Assembly (NCBI GenBank): GCA_013205405.1
Contig: JABMMZ010000078.1
Span: 2,616 to 66,615, forward strand
Source: Bacteroidota bacterium
GTDB lineage: Bacteria; Bacteroidota; Bacteroidia; NS11-12g; UBA955
Length of the DNA stretch: 64,000 nt
Direction: 5' to 3'
This document shows, in pieces, positions 41,621 through 50,844 of the stretch (the first letter of the stretch is position 1; each line of letters begins with the position of its first letter). The notes beneath the pieces were generated by a model, which worked only from the letters and a program-made list of their open reading frames with translations, made no database searches and was not told the origin of the DNA. The position numbers were made by a program, and so were the translations under genes.

Positions 41621-42169
41621 CTATTTGACTATCCATAACATTGTCATTATTAATAAAGTTCCCGCTACTAAAAAATACTTTATTGGATTGGTTTTATTGG
41701 TGTATTCTAAATTAAAACTATTTTTATAAACACTGATTTTATTTTGATCAGTTTCGGCTTTAATTAATAAATCATAAACCATTAATGTGTTTTTTCTTTT
41801 ACCATCTTGTTTACCTGCATTCCAGTTGGGCATATTACTCACAATTCTTTGGATTTCATTGGCCACCAAACTATTGTCGGTAGAAATTATTTTAAAATCT
41901 TCAACTGTTCCTTTTTTCTCTACTAAAAAAGAAAAATGAACATTGAGTCCATTAACAGGAATATATTGTACGTAATTTGTTTTGTTGAACCCAAGTTCTA
42001 AATAATTAAAAAAGTCATTCTCTGAATCACCAAATAACGGTGGCTTAGTTATAGTGTCCTCAGGCGCAATATATGTGGCAGTATCTTCTGTATTATGATA
42101 CCTTTCAATTTGACTAAATAAACTATTGCTAATATTAAAAATTAGCAACAATATTATACCATACCGCAT
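41621..42169 (-). CDS. TonB C-terminal-domain-like protein with N-terminal signal peptide and C-terminal TM anchor
   Basis: NGLNVHFSFLVEKKGTVEDFKIISTDNSLVANEIQRIVSNMPNWNAGKQDGKRKNTLMVYDL resembles TonB_C. Hydrophobic C-terminus YFLVAGTLLIMTMLWIV. 4 nt downstream of the adhesin gene. Confidence 0.5.
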   Translation of the reverse strand: MRYGIILLLIFNISNSLFSQIERYHNTEDTATYIAPEDTITKPPLFGDSENDFFNYLELGFNKTNYVQYIPVNGLNVHFSFLVEKKGTVEDFKIISTDNSLVANEIQRIVSNMPNWNAGKQDGKRKNTLMVYDLLIKAETDQNKISVYKNSFNLEYTNKTNPIKYFLVAGTLLIMTMLWIVK

Positions 42170-42172
42170 ATT

Positions 42173-44884
42173 TTAAATTTTAACAAACATCATTGGCTTG
42201 TATCCATTAAAATGTATAAAATACATTCCACTCGCTAGGTTTTCAATATTAATTTTTTCGTTTTCTAATATTGAACCCTTTTGCTCCACACTGCCGCTAA
42301 TTGAGTAAATTCTAAAATTTACAGCCTCATTCAACTTAACCACACCTTTTACTTGTATTGCAGAATTACTTGGGTTAGGAAAAATATTTAAGCTAGGCAA
42401 AGTTATTTCAGAAATTGAACTCGGTAATATATCAACAAACACAATTGTAGAATCTATACATTCATTTAATAAAGAAGTAAGGGTTAATTTGATTTTATAA
42501 TTACCTACATTAACATATCTATGGGTTACATTTGGAAAAGTACTTTTAAAGCCATCGCCAAAATCCCACTGCAAGGAAGTTACCCCTTGATTAATTGGTG
42601 ATACTTTTACCTGCTGCCATGTTTTAGTTTCAAAAGAAAAACCACTAAATGGTACTGCTAAAACAGTGGGAGTAATAGATAAACGAGGGCCAATACAACC
42701 TGCATAGGTTGGTTCTGCAAAATATTTTTTACCACCTAAAAGAATGTCTGTTGTAAAATTTTTATTAGTTCCTAAAATTTTGGTGCTTGTATCGCTGTCG
42801 TACCAATTTAATGAGCCTAATCCGGTGGTAACACCTTTTAAAATAGCTCTGTTTTTAGCACAAACAGTATCTCCAATGAGTTTAGTTATGATTGGGTAAG
42901 TGTTAACTAGCGCAGTAATAGGTGTTCTTGTAGGGCTTTTACATATTCCACTTCTTGTTTCTACATAATAGGTTTTTGTAGCACTTTCAAACCCAATAAA
43001 TTGTTCACCTTGAATTACTTCTACTCCATTTGTGGCTGCTGTAAACCAATGCGCTGTTCCATAAGGTATTTGGGCTAACATATCTACCAAATTTGCACCT
43101 TTACAAATAGTGTCATTTTGTATTTTTGAAATTCGAGGATAATCTTCAATTTCAATAATTATTTGCTCACGGGTACTACCACATTGTCCATTATAGGCAT
43201 CTACAAAAATGATTTTAGTTTCTCTTTTTGTAGGTGTGAAATTATAACTAGTACCAGTGGTGATTGGTATCCCACCTGAACCTACACTAAACCATCTAAT
43301 AGTTAAACCAGAAGATGCAGATGCTTTTAATGCAACACTTGATGTATTAGCTAAACAAACACTGGTATCATTACTTTTTGTAGGTGATACAGGGGCAACA
43401 TTACCTTTCACAATCGCAATAACTTTAAGTCTTGGCGTTAAAAGACAGCCACCATTATTAGCTTGGGCATACAAAAAAGTATCTTTTAATAAATTGGGTG
43501 TTTGATATACAGCACCAGTAAATACTTTAACTCCTCCTGTAATATCTTTAAACCATTCTACTGAGCCAATATTAGAATTTCCTTTTAGGGTTGCTTTTGA
43601 GCCTGCGCAAATTGTATCGTTAGCAACTGTAAAAGTACTTGGGTAAGTATTTACTGCCAAAATAATAGTGCGCGTAGGGCTTAAGCATCCGCTATTATTA
43701 GCTCTTAAATAAAATGTATCTGTCTTAGTTAGTGGAAATTTTTTATACGTTTTTCCGGTGTAAAATGGCACATTACTATTAGCTGAACTTAACCATTCAT
43801 ATACAACTCCTGTATCATTACTATTAGCCGTATAAGTTGCTGTATCTCCAATACAAGCTTTTGCTGGACCAATTACTTTGGGCATATCTGGTTTAAAATA
43901 CAACCATTTAATTGCAGTATCACTGCAACCATTTTGATTGCCTCTGTAGCCATAAATAAAAGAAATTAATCTAATTTTATAGTTCTGCTTTAATGAATAT
44001 TTTACTTTGTGATCAACAGAAAAAGTATTGCCTGTAAAATTTCCAACATCCCACCAATGGCAATAATAGCCTAAATTATAAAGCAAGTAGCGGTTATACA
44101 TTCTACTGCCCGACATATTGGAGTTAATAGTATTTAAAAACTTGATGGTGTCTGATAAATTATAACAATTATTTTTAATACTAAAATCAGCCCCTAAACT
44201 AAACTTAACGTGCGGATGTAATAATATATCCGCATCAAAACGGACTCCGCCTATGTTTAAATTTCTTCCGCTATACCATAAACCACTTATTGAGCCACAA
44301 TTTAAATTTTCACCCTCTCCATCGCCATTGGCATAACTATTGGTTACTATACCCGAATTTAAGTTAGCACTATCCGATTCTACAGTTAAAATATAGGCAC
44401 TATCCAAAGTAATTGGGGCAAAGGTGGCATGTTTTTCTATATTACTAAGTAAGCCATTGCCAAAGGTAGAATCAATAGTTATAGTATCGCTTCTGAGAGG
44501 CATACCTCTAGGCAAACTATCACTTCCCGCTTTATATACATTGCAAATTAAATTTAATTTTTTTCTTGAAGGAGGATTTGCTGCTACAAATGCATAAAAA
44601 GTAAATCCTGTTAATACTACTGGCTTAGGAGTAGAGTACAATTGACCCAAGCTTCTACCTCTACTCACCGTAATTGTATTAAAAGCAGACCCTTTATATC
44701 TGCCATATTCTATGGTATCTACTGCACATTTTGTTGGATTACTAATGCTACGTTTTGCATTTGAATTATTTACATTGTTACCCATTTTAGGTAAGTTATC
44801 AATAAATTGGTGGTTCGTAGAATTTAATTGACTAAATCCAGAAATAATGGATGATAAAAAACAAATAGTAACAATTTTTCTCAT
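42173..44884 (-). CDS. Large secreted protein (903 aa) with T9SS type A C-terminal sorting domain; adhesin-like, function unknown
   Basis: Signal peptide. C-terminal LNIFPNPSNSAIQVKGVVKL...GMYFIHFNGYKPMMFVKI. Confidence 0.75.
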   Translation of the reverse strand: MRKIVTICFLSSIISGFSQLNSTNHQFIDNLPKMGNNVNNSNAKRSISNPTKCAVDTIEYGRYKGSAFNTITVSRGRSLGQLYSTPKPVVLTGFTFYAFVAANPPSRKKLNLICNVYKAGSDSLPRGMPLRSDTITIDSTFGNGLLSNIEKHATFAPITLDSAYILTVESDSANLNSGIVTNSYANGDGEGENLNCGSISGLWYSGRNLNIGGVRFDADILLHPHVKFSLGADFSIKNNCYNLSDTIKFLNTINSNMSGSRMYNRYLLYNLGYYCHWWDVGNFTGNTFSVDHKVKYSLKQNYKIRLISFIYGYRGNQNGCSDTAIKWLYFKPDMPKVIGPAKACIGDTATYTANSNDTGVVYEWLSSANSNVPFYTGKTYKKFPLTKTDTFYLRANNSGCLSPTRTIILAVNTYPSTFTVANDTICAGSKATLKGNSNIGSVEWFKDITGGVKVFTGAVYQTPNLLKDTFLYAQANNGGCLLTPRLKVIAIVKGNVAPVSPTKSNDTSVCLANTSSVALKASASSGLTIRWFSVGSGGIPITTGTSYNFTPTKRETKIIFVDAYNGQCGSTREQIIIEIEDYPRISKIQNDTICKGANLVDMLAQIPYGTAHWFTAATNGVEVIQGEQFIGFESATKTYYVETRSGICKSPTRTPITALVNTYPIITKLIGDTVCAKNRAILKGVTTGLGSLNWYDSDTSTKILGTNKNFTTDILLGGKKYFAEPTYAGCIGPRLSITPTVLAVPFSGFSFETKTWQQVKVSPINQGVTSLQWDFGDGFKSTFPNVTHRYVNVGNYKIKLTLTSLLNECIDSTIVFVDILPSSISEITLPSLNIFPNPSNSAIQVKGVVKLNEAVNFRIYSISGSVEQKGSILENEKINIENLASGMYFIHFNGYKPMMFVKI

Positions 44885-44938
44885 AATTTATGTAGTTTAA
44901 AAAAACGAATATATCAATTATAATTGAATTTATAAAAT

Positions 44939-45955
44939 TTAGTTTAGAAACTTATCAATTGCCATAATTACGTCATTTTCTAGTATTAAATTTATACAAG
45001 GCATTTCAGGTTGGACGCAATCAATTTGATTACATGGATTACATTTTAAAACATGGTGCAAAACAATGGAATTTTGGGCTCTAGGATAAAAAACATTTGG
45101 AACTCCTGGACCGTACAATGCTATTAATGGCATTTTAAAAACAGAGGCTATTTGCAATGGTCCACTTTCATTGCCAATGTAAAAACTAGCCTTGCTACAT
45201 AGGTAAGAGAACATAGCCAATGAAAATCCATTTGTAAAATAATGTGGCTTAAATTTAATATATTTTTCAATATTTTCATAAGTTTCGTTATCTTCTTGAC
45301 TGCCTGAAAAAATAATTTCTAATTTGTATTTTTCAAATAAATAATTGGCTACAAATGCAAATCTTTCTGCTGGCCATTGTCTTAATTTTCTTCTTGCTCC
45401 GGCATGTATTATTGCAAATTTTGAAATTTTATTGTCTTTTAAAAAACTTTCAACTGTTTTTATATCATTTTGAGAAAAAAATAATTGATGAGTAATAAAG
45501 TTTGCTTTATCGGAGTTAATAATAGGTTTAATTATTTCATAATTAGTGTCAATTTCGTGCAATTGTCGGCCTTTATTTGCCATTCGTACTTCTGCCCTAC
45601 TTAACCTATATTTACCTTTATACAACATAGATTTGAAGAGTGTTTTCCATGTCCCCCTTAACTCTACAACTAAACTATATGATTTATTGTATTTTATCTC
45701 ATCTGTTATAATATGGTCAATATTAGGATCATTTTCTACTAAACTTTTTACAAAAGGTTTGCAAAGTAATTCTATTGGTGCATTTGGAAATTGATTTTTA
45801 AGCAGTTTAAAAACATGCGTACATGCAGCCATATCGCCTATTTCATCTAACTTTACTACTAAAATAGATCTTATAGGAGAATTCAATTTTTGTTTGAAAA
45901 AAAGAATATTTATTATAATATTAGCTGCAAATAATAATTGTTCCTTTCTTACCAT
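44939..45955 (-). CDS. Glycosyltransferase family 9 (LPS heptosyltransferase-like)
   Basis: HAGARRKLRQWPAERF, GNESGPLQIASVFKMPLIALYGPG (GT9 motifs). Confidence 0.8.
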   Translation of the reverse strand: MVRKEQLLFAANIIINILFFKQKLNSPIRSILVVKLDEIGDMAACTHVFKLLKNQFPNAPIELLCKPFVKSLVENDPNIDHIITDEIKYNKSYSLVVELRGTWKTLFKSMLYKGKYRLSRAEVRMANKGRQLHEIDTNYEIIKPIINSDKANFITHQLFFSQNDIKTVESFLKDNKISKFAIIHAGARRKLRQWPAERFAFVANYLFEKYKLEIIFSGSQEDNETYENIEKYIKFKPHYFTNGFSLAMFSYLCSKASFYIGNESGPLQIASVFKMPLIALYGPGVPNVFYPRAQNSIVLHHVLKCNPCNQIDCVQPEMPCINLILENDVIMAIDKFLN

Positions 45956-45958
45956 GTT

Positions 45959-46702
45959 TTAAATTAAGGGATAAATAATTACTTTACTACTTACCGCATC
46001 TGTTTCTATTTTAGGTGTTTGAATATTTAACAAAAATAGATTGTCTTTTATTTGATTATCAACAAAAATAAATTCAGTAATGGTTCTATCCTTTTGTGCT
46101 ATACCGTCTGTTAAAAACCAAGCCTTGTGAGCTACTAACAAACCACCATCGCTTTCTTTATCTATGCTTGGCAGGTCGGTTAAAAGATGTTTAAACCCAA
46201 GAGATTTTAGATAAAATAATGCATCTATTGTAAAAAAAGGTGGATTTGTATTTGAATAATTCATATTCAATTTACTATTAAAATTTGGAATGGTTCTTAT
46301 CAGAATGGCTGTGGCTAGTTCTTTATTTTCAATATGATTTATTACACTTTTTTCAATAATAAAATCTGATTCATTCTGCAAAGGAGAAATGGAGATTAGT
46401 AAGCATAATTGCAACAATGGAATATCAATTTCTAACATGGTAAAATCGACATCAGCAATATGCAAAGCACATTCGGTATGCGTTCCACTGGCATGAGGGT
46501 AATAGGAAATTTTTTCGCAATTAACACTGCCGCCTTTTTTTATATTTCCAACAAATTCAGTACTTTCAAAATACTCAAACTCCGGATTATTTAAATAGTA
46601 ACAGTTTACATTGTTTTTTTTATAAATGCCTAAAGTTAAATCATAAAAAACTTCATCATTTATTGTAAAAAATTTTTCATTCTTTTTTAAAGAAAGTATC
46701 AT
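45959..46702 (-). CDS. Cyclase-family protein (kynurenine formamidase-like fold)
   Basis: YPHASGTHTECALHI resembles the HxGTHxDxPxH cyclase motif; 247 aa. Confidence 0.55.
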   Translation of the reverse strand: MILSLKKNEKFFTINDEVFYDLTLGIYKKNNVNCYYLNNPEFEYFESTEFVGNIKKGGSVNCEKISYYPHASGTHTECALHIADVDFTMLEIDIPLLQLCLLISISPLQNESDFIIEKSVINHIENKELATAILIRTIPNFNSKLNMNYSNTNPPFFTIDALFYLKSLGFKHLLTDLPSIDKESDGGLLVAHKAWFLTDGIAQKDRTITEFIFVDNQIKDNLFLLNIQTPKIETDAVSSKVIIYPLI

Positions 46703-46767
46703 AGGGAAGCGAAAGTAATAAATTTTACACGTTTATACCTTATTTTTGAATTTTTAATTTCAAAAAT

Positions 46768-47937
46768 TTGAATTTTAGTTTAAAACAATATATTAAATTT
46801 ACCTTGCTGCTATTGGCATTGGGCATTGGATTATTCTCCTTGTACTACACTGACAATATGGTGAAAAAAATTGCAATAGAGGAACGCAAAAAGATAAGTC
46901 AATGGGCAGAAGCAATGGAAGCATTGTCTAAATATGACCCAAGGGGTGAAATGAATATTGACATTACTTTCTATGCTAAAATTATAGAGTCAAATACTAC
47001 AATTCCAGTTATTTTGGCAGACAGTAAAGGAATAATTACCAACAGAAATATAGACTCATCAATTTCAAAAAACGATAACCTTTTAAATGCTTATTTTAAG
47101 AAATTAAAAGAAAACTCAGACCCTATTAAAATTAAAATTGCTGAAGATGATTACCAATATGTGTATTACGATGATTCAAGTATTTTAAAACAATTAAAAG
47201 TATATCCATTTTACCAATTAGGCATTGTTGGCTTATTTGTTGTGGTTAGCTACTTTGCATTTAGCTATAGCAGAAAATCGGAGCAAAATCAAGTATGGGT
47301 AGGCTTAGCAAAAGAAACAGCGCATCAACTTGGCACCCCTATGAGTTCATTAATGGCTTGGGTAGATTTAATGTCTTTAGACAAAGAACAAGCCAATGAA
47401 CAGACTTATGATGAAATGCGTAAGGATTTGGACAGACTTAAAGTAATAACCGAACGTTTTTCTAAAATTGGATCTGTACCTGTTTTAAAAGAAGAAAACT
47501 TAATTTCTATTTTAAACCATTGTGTCGACTATATGAAAACAAGGAGTGCTGAAACAGTTAACTTCCATTTAATTGAAAATGATGAAGATTATATTGTATC
47601 ATTGAATGTACCATTATTTGAATGGGTAATTGAAAATTTAATAAAAAATGCCATAGATGCAATGGAAGGAGTAGGTAGTATAACATTTACAACGAGAAAA
47701 AAAGGTGATCATATAATTATTGATATTTCTGATACTGGAAAAGGCATGTCTAAAAGATTATTTAAACGAGTATTTAATCCCGGTTTTACGACTAAAAAAA
47801 GAGGTTGGGGCTTAGGCTTATCTTTAGTTAAACGTATTATTTTGAATTACCATAAAGGGAATATCTTTGTAAAAGAAAGCATACCAAATAAACGCACTAC
47901 TTTTAGAATAATTTTAAAAAATAGAGCCTTAGCTTAA
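46768..47937 (+). CDS. Sensor histidine kinase (orphan, no adjacent response regulator)
   Basis: N-terminal TM; H-box AHQLGTPMSSLMAWVDLM; HATPase_c N/G boxes (IENLIKNAIDA, DTGKGM, GWGLGL). Confidence 0.85.
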   Translation: MNFSLKQYIKFTLLLLALGIGLFSLYYTDNMVKKIAIEERKKISQWAEAMEALSKYDPRGEMNIDITFYAKIIESNTTIPVILADSKGIITNRNIDSSISKNDNLLNAYFKKLKENSDPIKIKIAEDDYQYVYYDDSSILKQLKVYPFYQLGIVGLFVVVSYFAFSYSRKSEQNQVWVGLAKETAHQLGTPMSSLMAWVDLMSLDKEQANEQTYDEMRKDLDRLKVITERFSKIGSVPVLKEENLISILNHCVDYMKTRSAETVNFHLIENDEDYIVSLNVPLFEWVIENLIKNAIDAMEGVGSITFTTRKKGDHIIIDISDTGKGMSKRLFKRVFNPGFTTKKRGWGLGLSLVKRIILNYHKGNIFVKESIPNKRTTFRIILKNRALA

Positions 47938-47971
47938 TTAAAACCTTTTAAAAAAATCTATATTCGCAGAT

Positions 47972-48820
47972 ATGCATTTGTATACTATTGAAACCGGCAA
48001 TTTTAAATTAGATGGTGGCGCCATGTTTGGCGTGGTGCCAAAAACTATTTGGCAAAATATAAACCCTGCAGACCATAACAATATGTGTAGTTGGGCTATG
48101 CGTTGTTTGCTGATTGAAGATGGTAAAAGACTTATACTTATTGATAATGGCATTGGCAATAAACAAAGTGAAAAATTTTATGGTTTTTATTATTTACATG
48201 GAGATTCTACTTTAGAAAATTCTCTGAATAAACTTGGATTTAGTAAAGATGATATTACAGATGTTATACTTACCCATTTACACTTTGATCATTGTGGCGG
48301 AAGTATTGAGTGGAATAACGACAGAACAAAATATAAAACTGCTTTTAGAAATGCTACTTATTGGAGCAATGCAGAACATTGGGCGCATGCTATTAATCCG
48401 AACCCTAGAGAAAAACCAAGTTTTTTAACCGAAAATATAATACCAATTCAAGAAAGTGGCCAATTAAAATTAGTATCACACCCAAATGAAATAGCAGATT
48501 TTATTCATTTAAAAAATGTATATGGCCATACCGAGGCTATGATGCTGCCTCACATAAAATACAAAGGTGAAACTATTGTTTTTTGTGCAGATTTAATACC
48601 ATCAATTGGTCATTTACCTGTAAATTATGTAATGGCCTACGATATTAAACCATTAGACAGCATGAGAGATAAACAAATCTTTATGAAAGAGGCATTGGAT
48701 AATAATTTTATTCTCTTTTTTGAGCATGACAACAAAAATGAATGTTGTACAATAGCCAAAAATGAAAAAGGGCAATATATTTCGAAAGATATTTTCAAAA
48801 TAGAAAGTATTGTTTTGTAA
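47972..48820 (+). CDS. MBL-fold metallo-hydrolase
   Basis: LTHLHFDHCGG (HxHxDH), downstream His/Asp ligands. Confidence 0.8.
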   Translation: MHLYTIETGNFKLDGGAMFGVVPKTIWQNINPADHNNMCSWAMRCLLIEDGKRLILIDNGIGNKQSEKFYGFYYLHGDSTLENSLNKLGFSKDDITDVILTHLHFDHCGGSIEWNNDRTKYKTAFRNATYWSNAEHWAHAINPNPREKPSFLTENIIPIQESGQLKLVSHPNEIADFIHLKNVYGHTEAMMLPHIKYKGETIVFCADLIPSIGHLPVNYVMAYDIKPLDSMRDKQIFMKEALDNNFILFFEHDNKNECCTIAKNEKGQYISKDIFKIESIVL

Positions 48821-48876
48821 GTATTTAGGTATTTATATTTTAAAATTTAAACTTTTAATTTTATATTTGTAATATA

Positions 48877-50778
48877 ATGAAAAAAATTGTTTTTACGTTC
48901 CATTTTATTTGTATTCTTAGTCTGTTTTCTCAAACGGGCTCTCCTGCTAATTCTGGTTTTAAAATTACAAGCTATTCTAAATTTGATTCTGTGCCTAGTT
49001 ATATTAAATTTACTAACAAAGAATCACCCATTATTATTTCAGAAAATATAAATTATTGGTTTCAGAAAAACCTGAATGGAAATACTGAATTTAATCTCAG
49101 AAAAAAAAGCAGTAACTATGATTTAGTGGGCAATTACCATGAAAAATTTATTCAGTATTATAAAAATTTACCTGTAATCAATAGTATGGTAAATATACAC
49201 TACAAGGCTAATAAAATTCATTCTTTAAATGGTTATTATTTCCCTGAACTTAATATTTCAGCAACACCCCTTATCAATGAGCAAAATGCCTTAAAAATAG
49301 CTTTAGCGAATTACCCGATTAATACAGAATATGCTTGGCAAAATAAGGCTTACGAAAATTTAATTCAAAATGCCCATGGGCATAGTATTTTTCCAGAAGG
49401 TAAGCTTTGTATTGTTGCAAAAAACTTTATATACTCAAAAAATAATTTTCATTTAGCATATCAATTTAAAATTTATGGTGTTAGTCCAGTTTTTGCAGAA
49501 ACAGTATACATAGATGCTATCAATGGAGAAGTATTGCACACTGAAAATTTAATATGTCATATAGATGTAAATGGAAAAGGAATATCAAAATTTAGTGGCG
49601 TAAAAGACATCACATGTGATAGTATTTCACCAAGCAATTTTAAATTGCAAGAAAATGGTTTGCGAAAGCTTACAACATTAAATGCTTACAACCTAACCAA
49701 AGATTTTCAAGAATTTTCAAATACCAGTAATTTTTGGGATTTAGATACAAGCGCTAATAAAAGAATTGCTATTGATATTCACTGGGGATTGGAGAAAACA
49801 CTAGATTTCTTAAAATTTAAATTAAATAGAAATAGCATCGATAACCAAGACTTTAGAATAGTTGGCATTGCTAATTATGACAAAAGTTATAGCAATGCAT
49901 TTTGGAACGGTCAATTTGCCGCCTTTGGAGATGGAGACGGCATCAGAACGGGACCATTTGGCACTTTAGACGTATGCGGGCACGAAGTAAGCCATGGATT
50001 AACACAGTATACGGCTGGCTTAGTTTATAGCTACGAATCGGGAGCACTAAATGAATCTTTTTCAGATATATTCGGCAAATGCATAGACCATTATGCCTAC
50101 CCTAAAAGTTTTAATTGGACAATTGGAAAAAATATTTATCTAAATGGCGCTTCACTAAGAGATATGAGAGACCCTTATTTTTATAACGATCCAAAATACT
50201 ATTATGGCTCATTTTACGCTAAATCAGCTGATGATAATGGTGGTGTACACACAAATAGCTCAGTGCAAAACCATTGGTTTTATTTACTATGCAATGGAGG
50301 AAAAGAAAGACATGAAAAAACCAAAGTTTATCATACTGTAGATTCTATTGGATGGGATAAAGCCACTGCCATAGCCTATAGTAATTTAGTAGATTACCTA
50401 ACCCCACAATCAGAATATCAAGAAGCTGCAGATCTATCTATTGAAATTGCTGGCGATATGTATGGAATAGGCAGTAATATACAAAAACAGGTAATTTTAG
50501 CTTGGTATATGGCTGGTTTAGCGCTATTGCCTGTTTCTAGTGTAAACAGTTATTCTATTGCTAAAAATGTTGCAGTATATCCAAATCCTGCACAAAATAC
50601 ACTTACTATTGAAGGTGCTGCTGAACTCGAAAGCATCAAAATAACAGATATTTCTGGAAGAATAATTTTAAAAACAGAATTAAGTGCCGATAATTCAATA
50701 GATATTCAATTCTTAAAAAGTGGTATTTATTTTATACAATTTAGCGATGGCTCTTTACAAAAGTTTGTGAAGTTATAA
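48877..50778 (+). CDS. Secreted M4 (thermolysin-like) zinc metalloprotease with T9SS type A C-terminal sorting domain
   Basis: DVCGHEVSHGLT...ESGALNESFSDIFG...DNGGVHTNSSVQN...YLTPQSEYQEA (M4 catalytic domain). C-terminal VYPNPAQNTLTIEG...GIYFIQFSDGSLQKFVKL. N-terminal half paralogous to the 36324..41552 protein. Confidence 0.9.
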   Translation: MKKIVFTFHFICILSLFSQTGSPANSGFKITSYSKFDSVPSYIKFTNKESPIIISENINYWFQKNLNGNTEFNLRKKSSNYDLVGNYHEKFIQYYKNLPVINSMVNIHYKANKIHSLNGYYFPELNISATPLINEQNALKIALANYPINTEYAWQNKAYENLIQNAHGHSIFPEGKLCIVAKNFIYSKNNFHLAYQFKIYGVSPVFAETVYIDAINGEVLHTENLICHIDVNGKGISKFSGVKDITCDSISPSNFKLQENGLRKLTTLNAYNLTKDFQEFSNTSNFWDLDTSANKRIAIDIHWGLEKTLDFLKFKLNRNSIDNQDFRIVGIANYDKSYSNAFWNGQFAAFGDGDGIRTGPFGTLDVCGHEVSHGLTQYTAGLVYSYESGALNESFSDIFGKCIDHYAYPKSFNWTIGKNIYLNGASLRDMRDPYFYNDPKYYYGSFYAKSADDNGGVHTNSSVQNHWFYLLCNGGKERHEKTKVYHTVDSIGWDKATAIAYSNLVDYLTPQSEYQEAADLSIEIAGDMYGIGSNIQKQVILAWYMAGLALLPVSSVNSYSIAKNVAVYPNPAQNTLTIEGAAELESIKITDISGRIILKTELSADNSIDIQFLKSGIYFIQFSDGSLQKFVKL

Positions 50779-50844
50779 TTGGTGAAACTTTCTTATTATT
50801 TGTCTATCCATCACCCAATACTTATCTTTGCTCATTCTGCTTAA

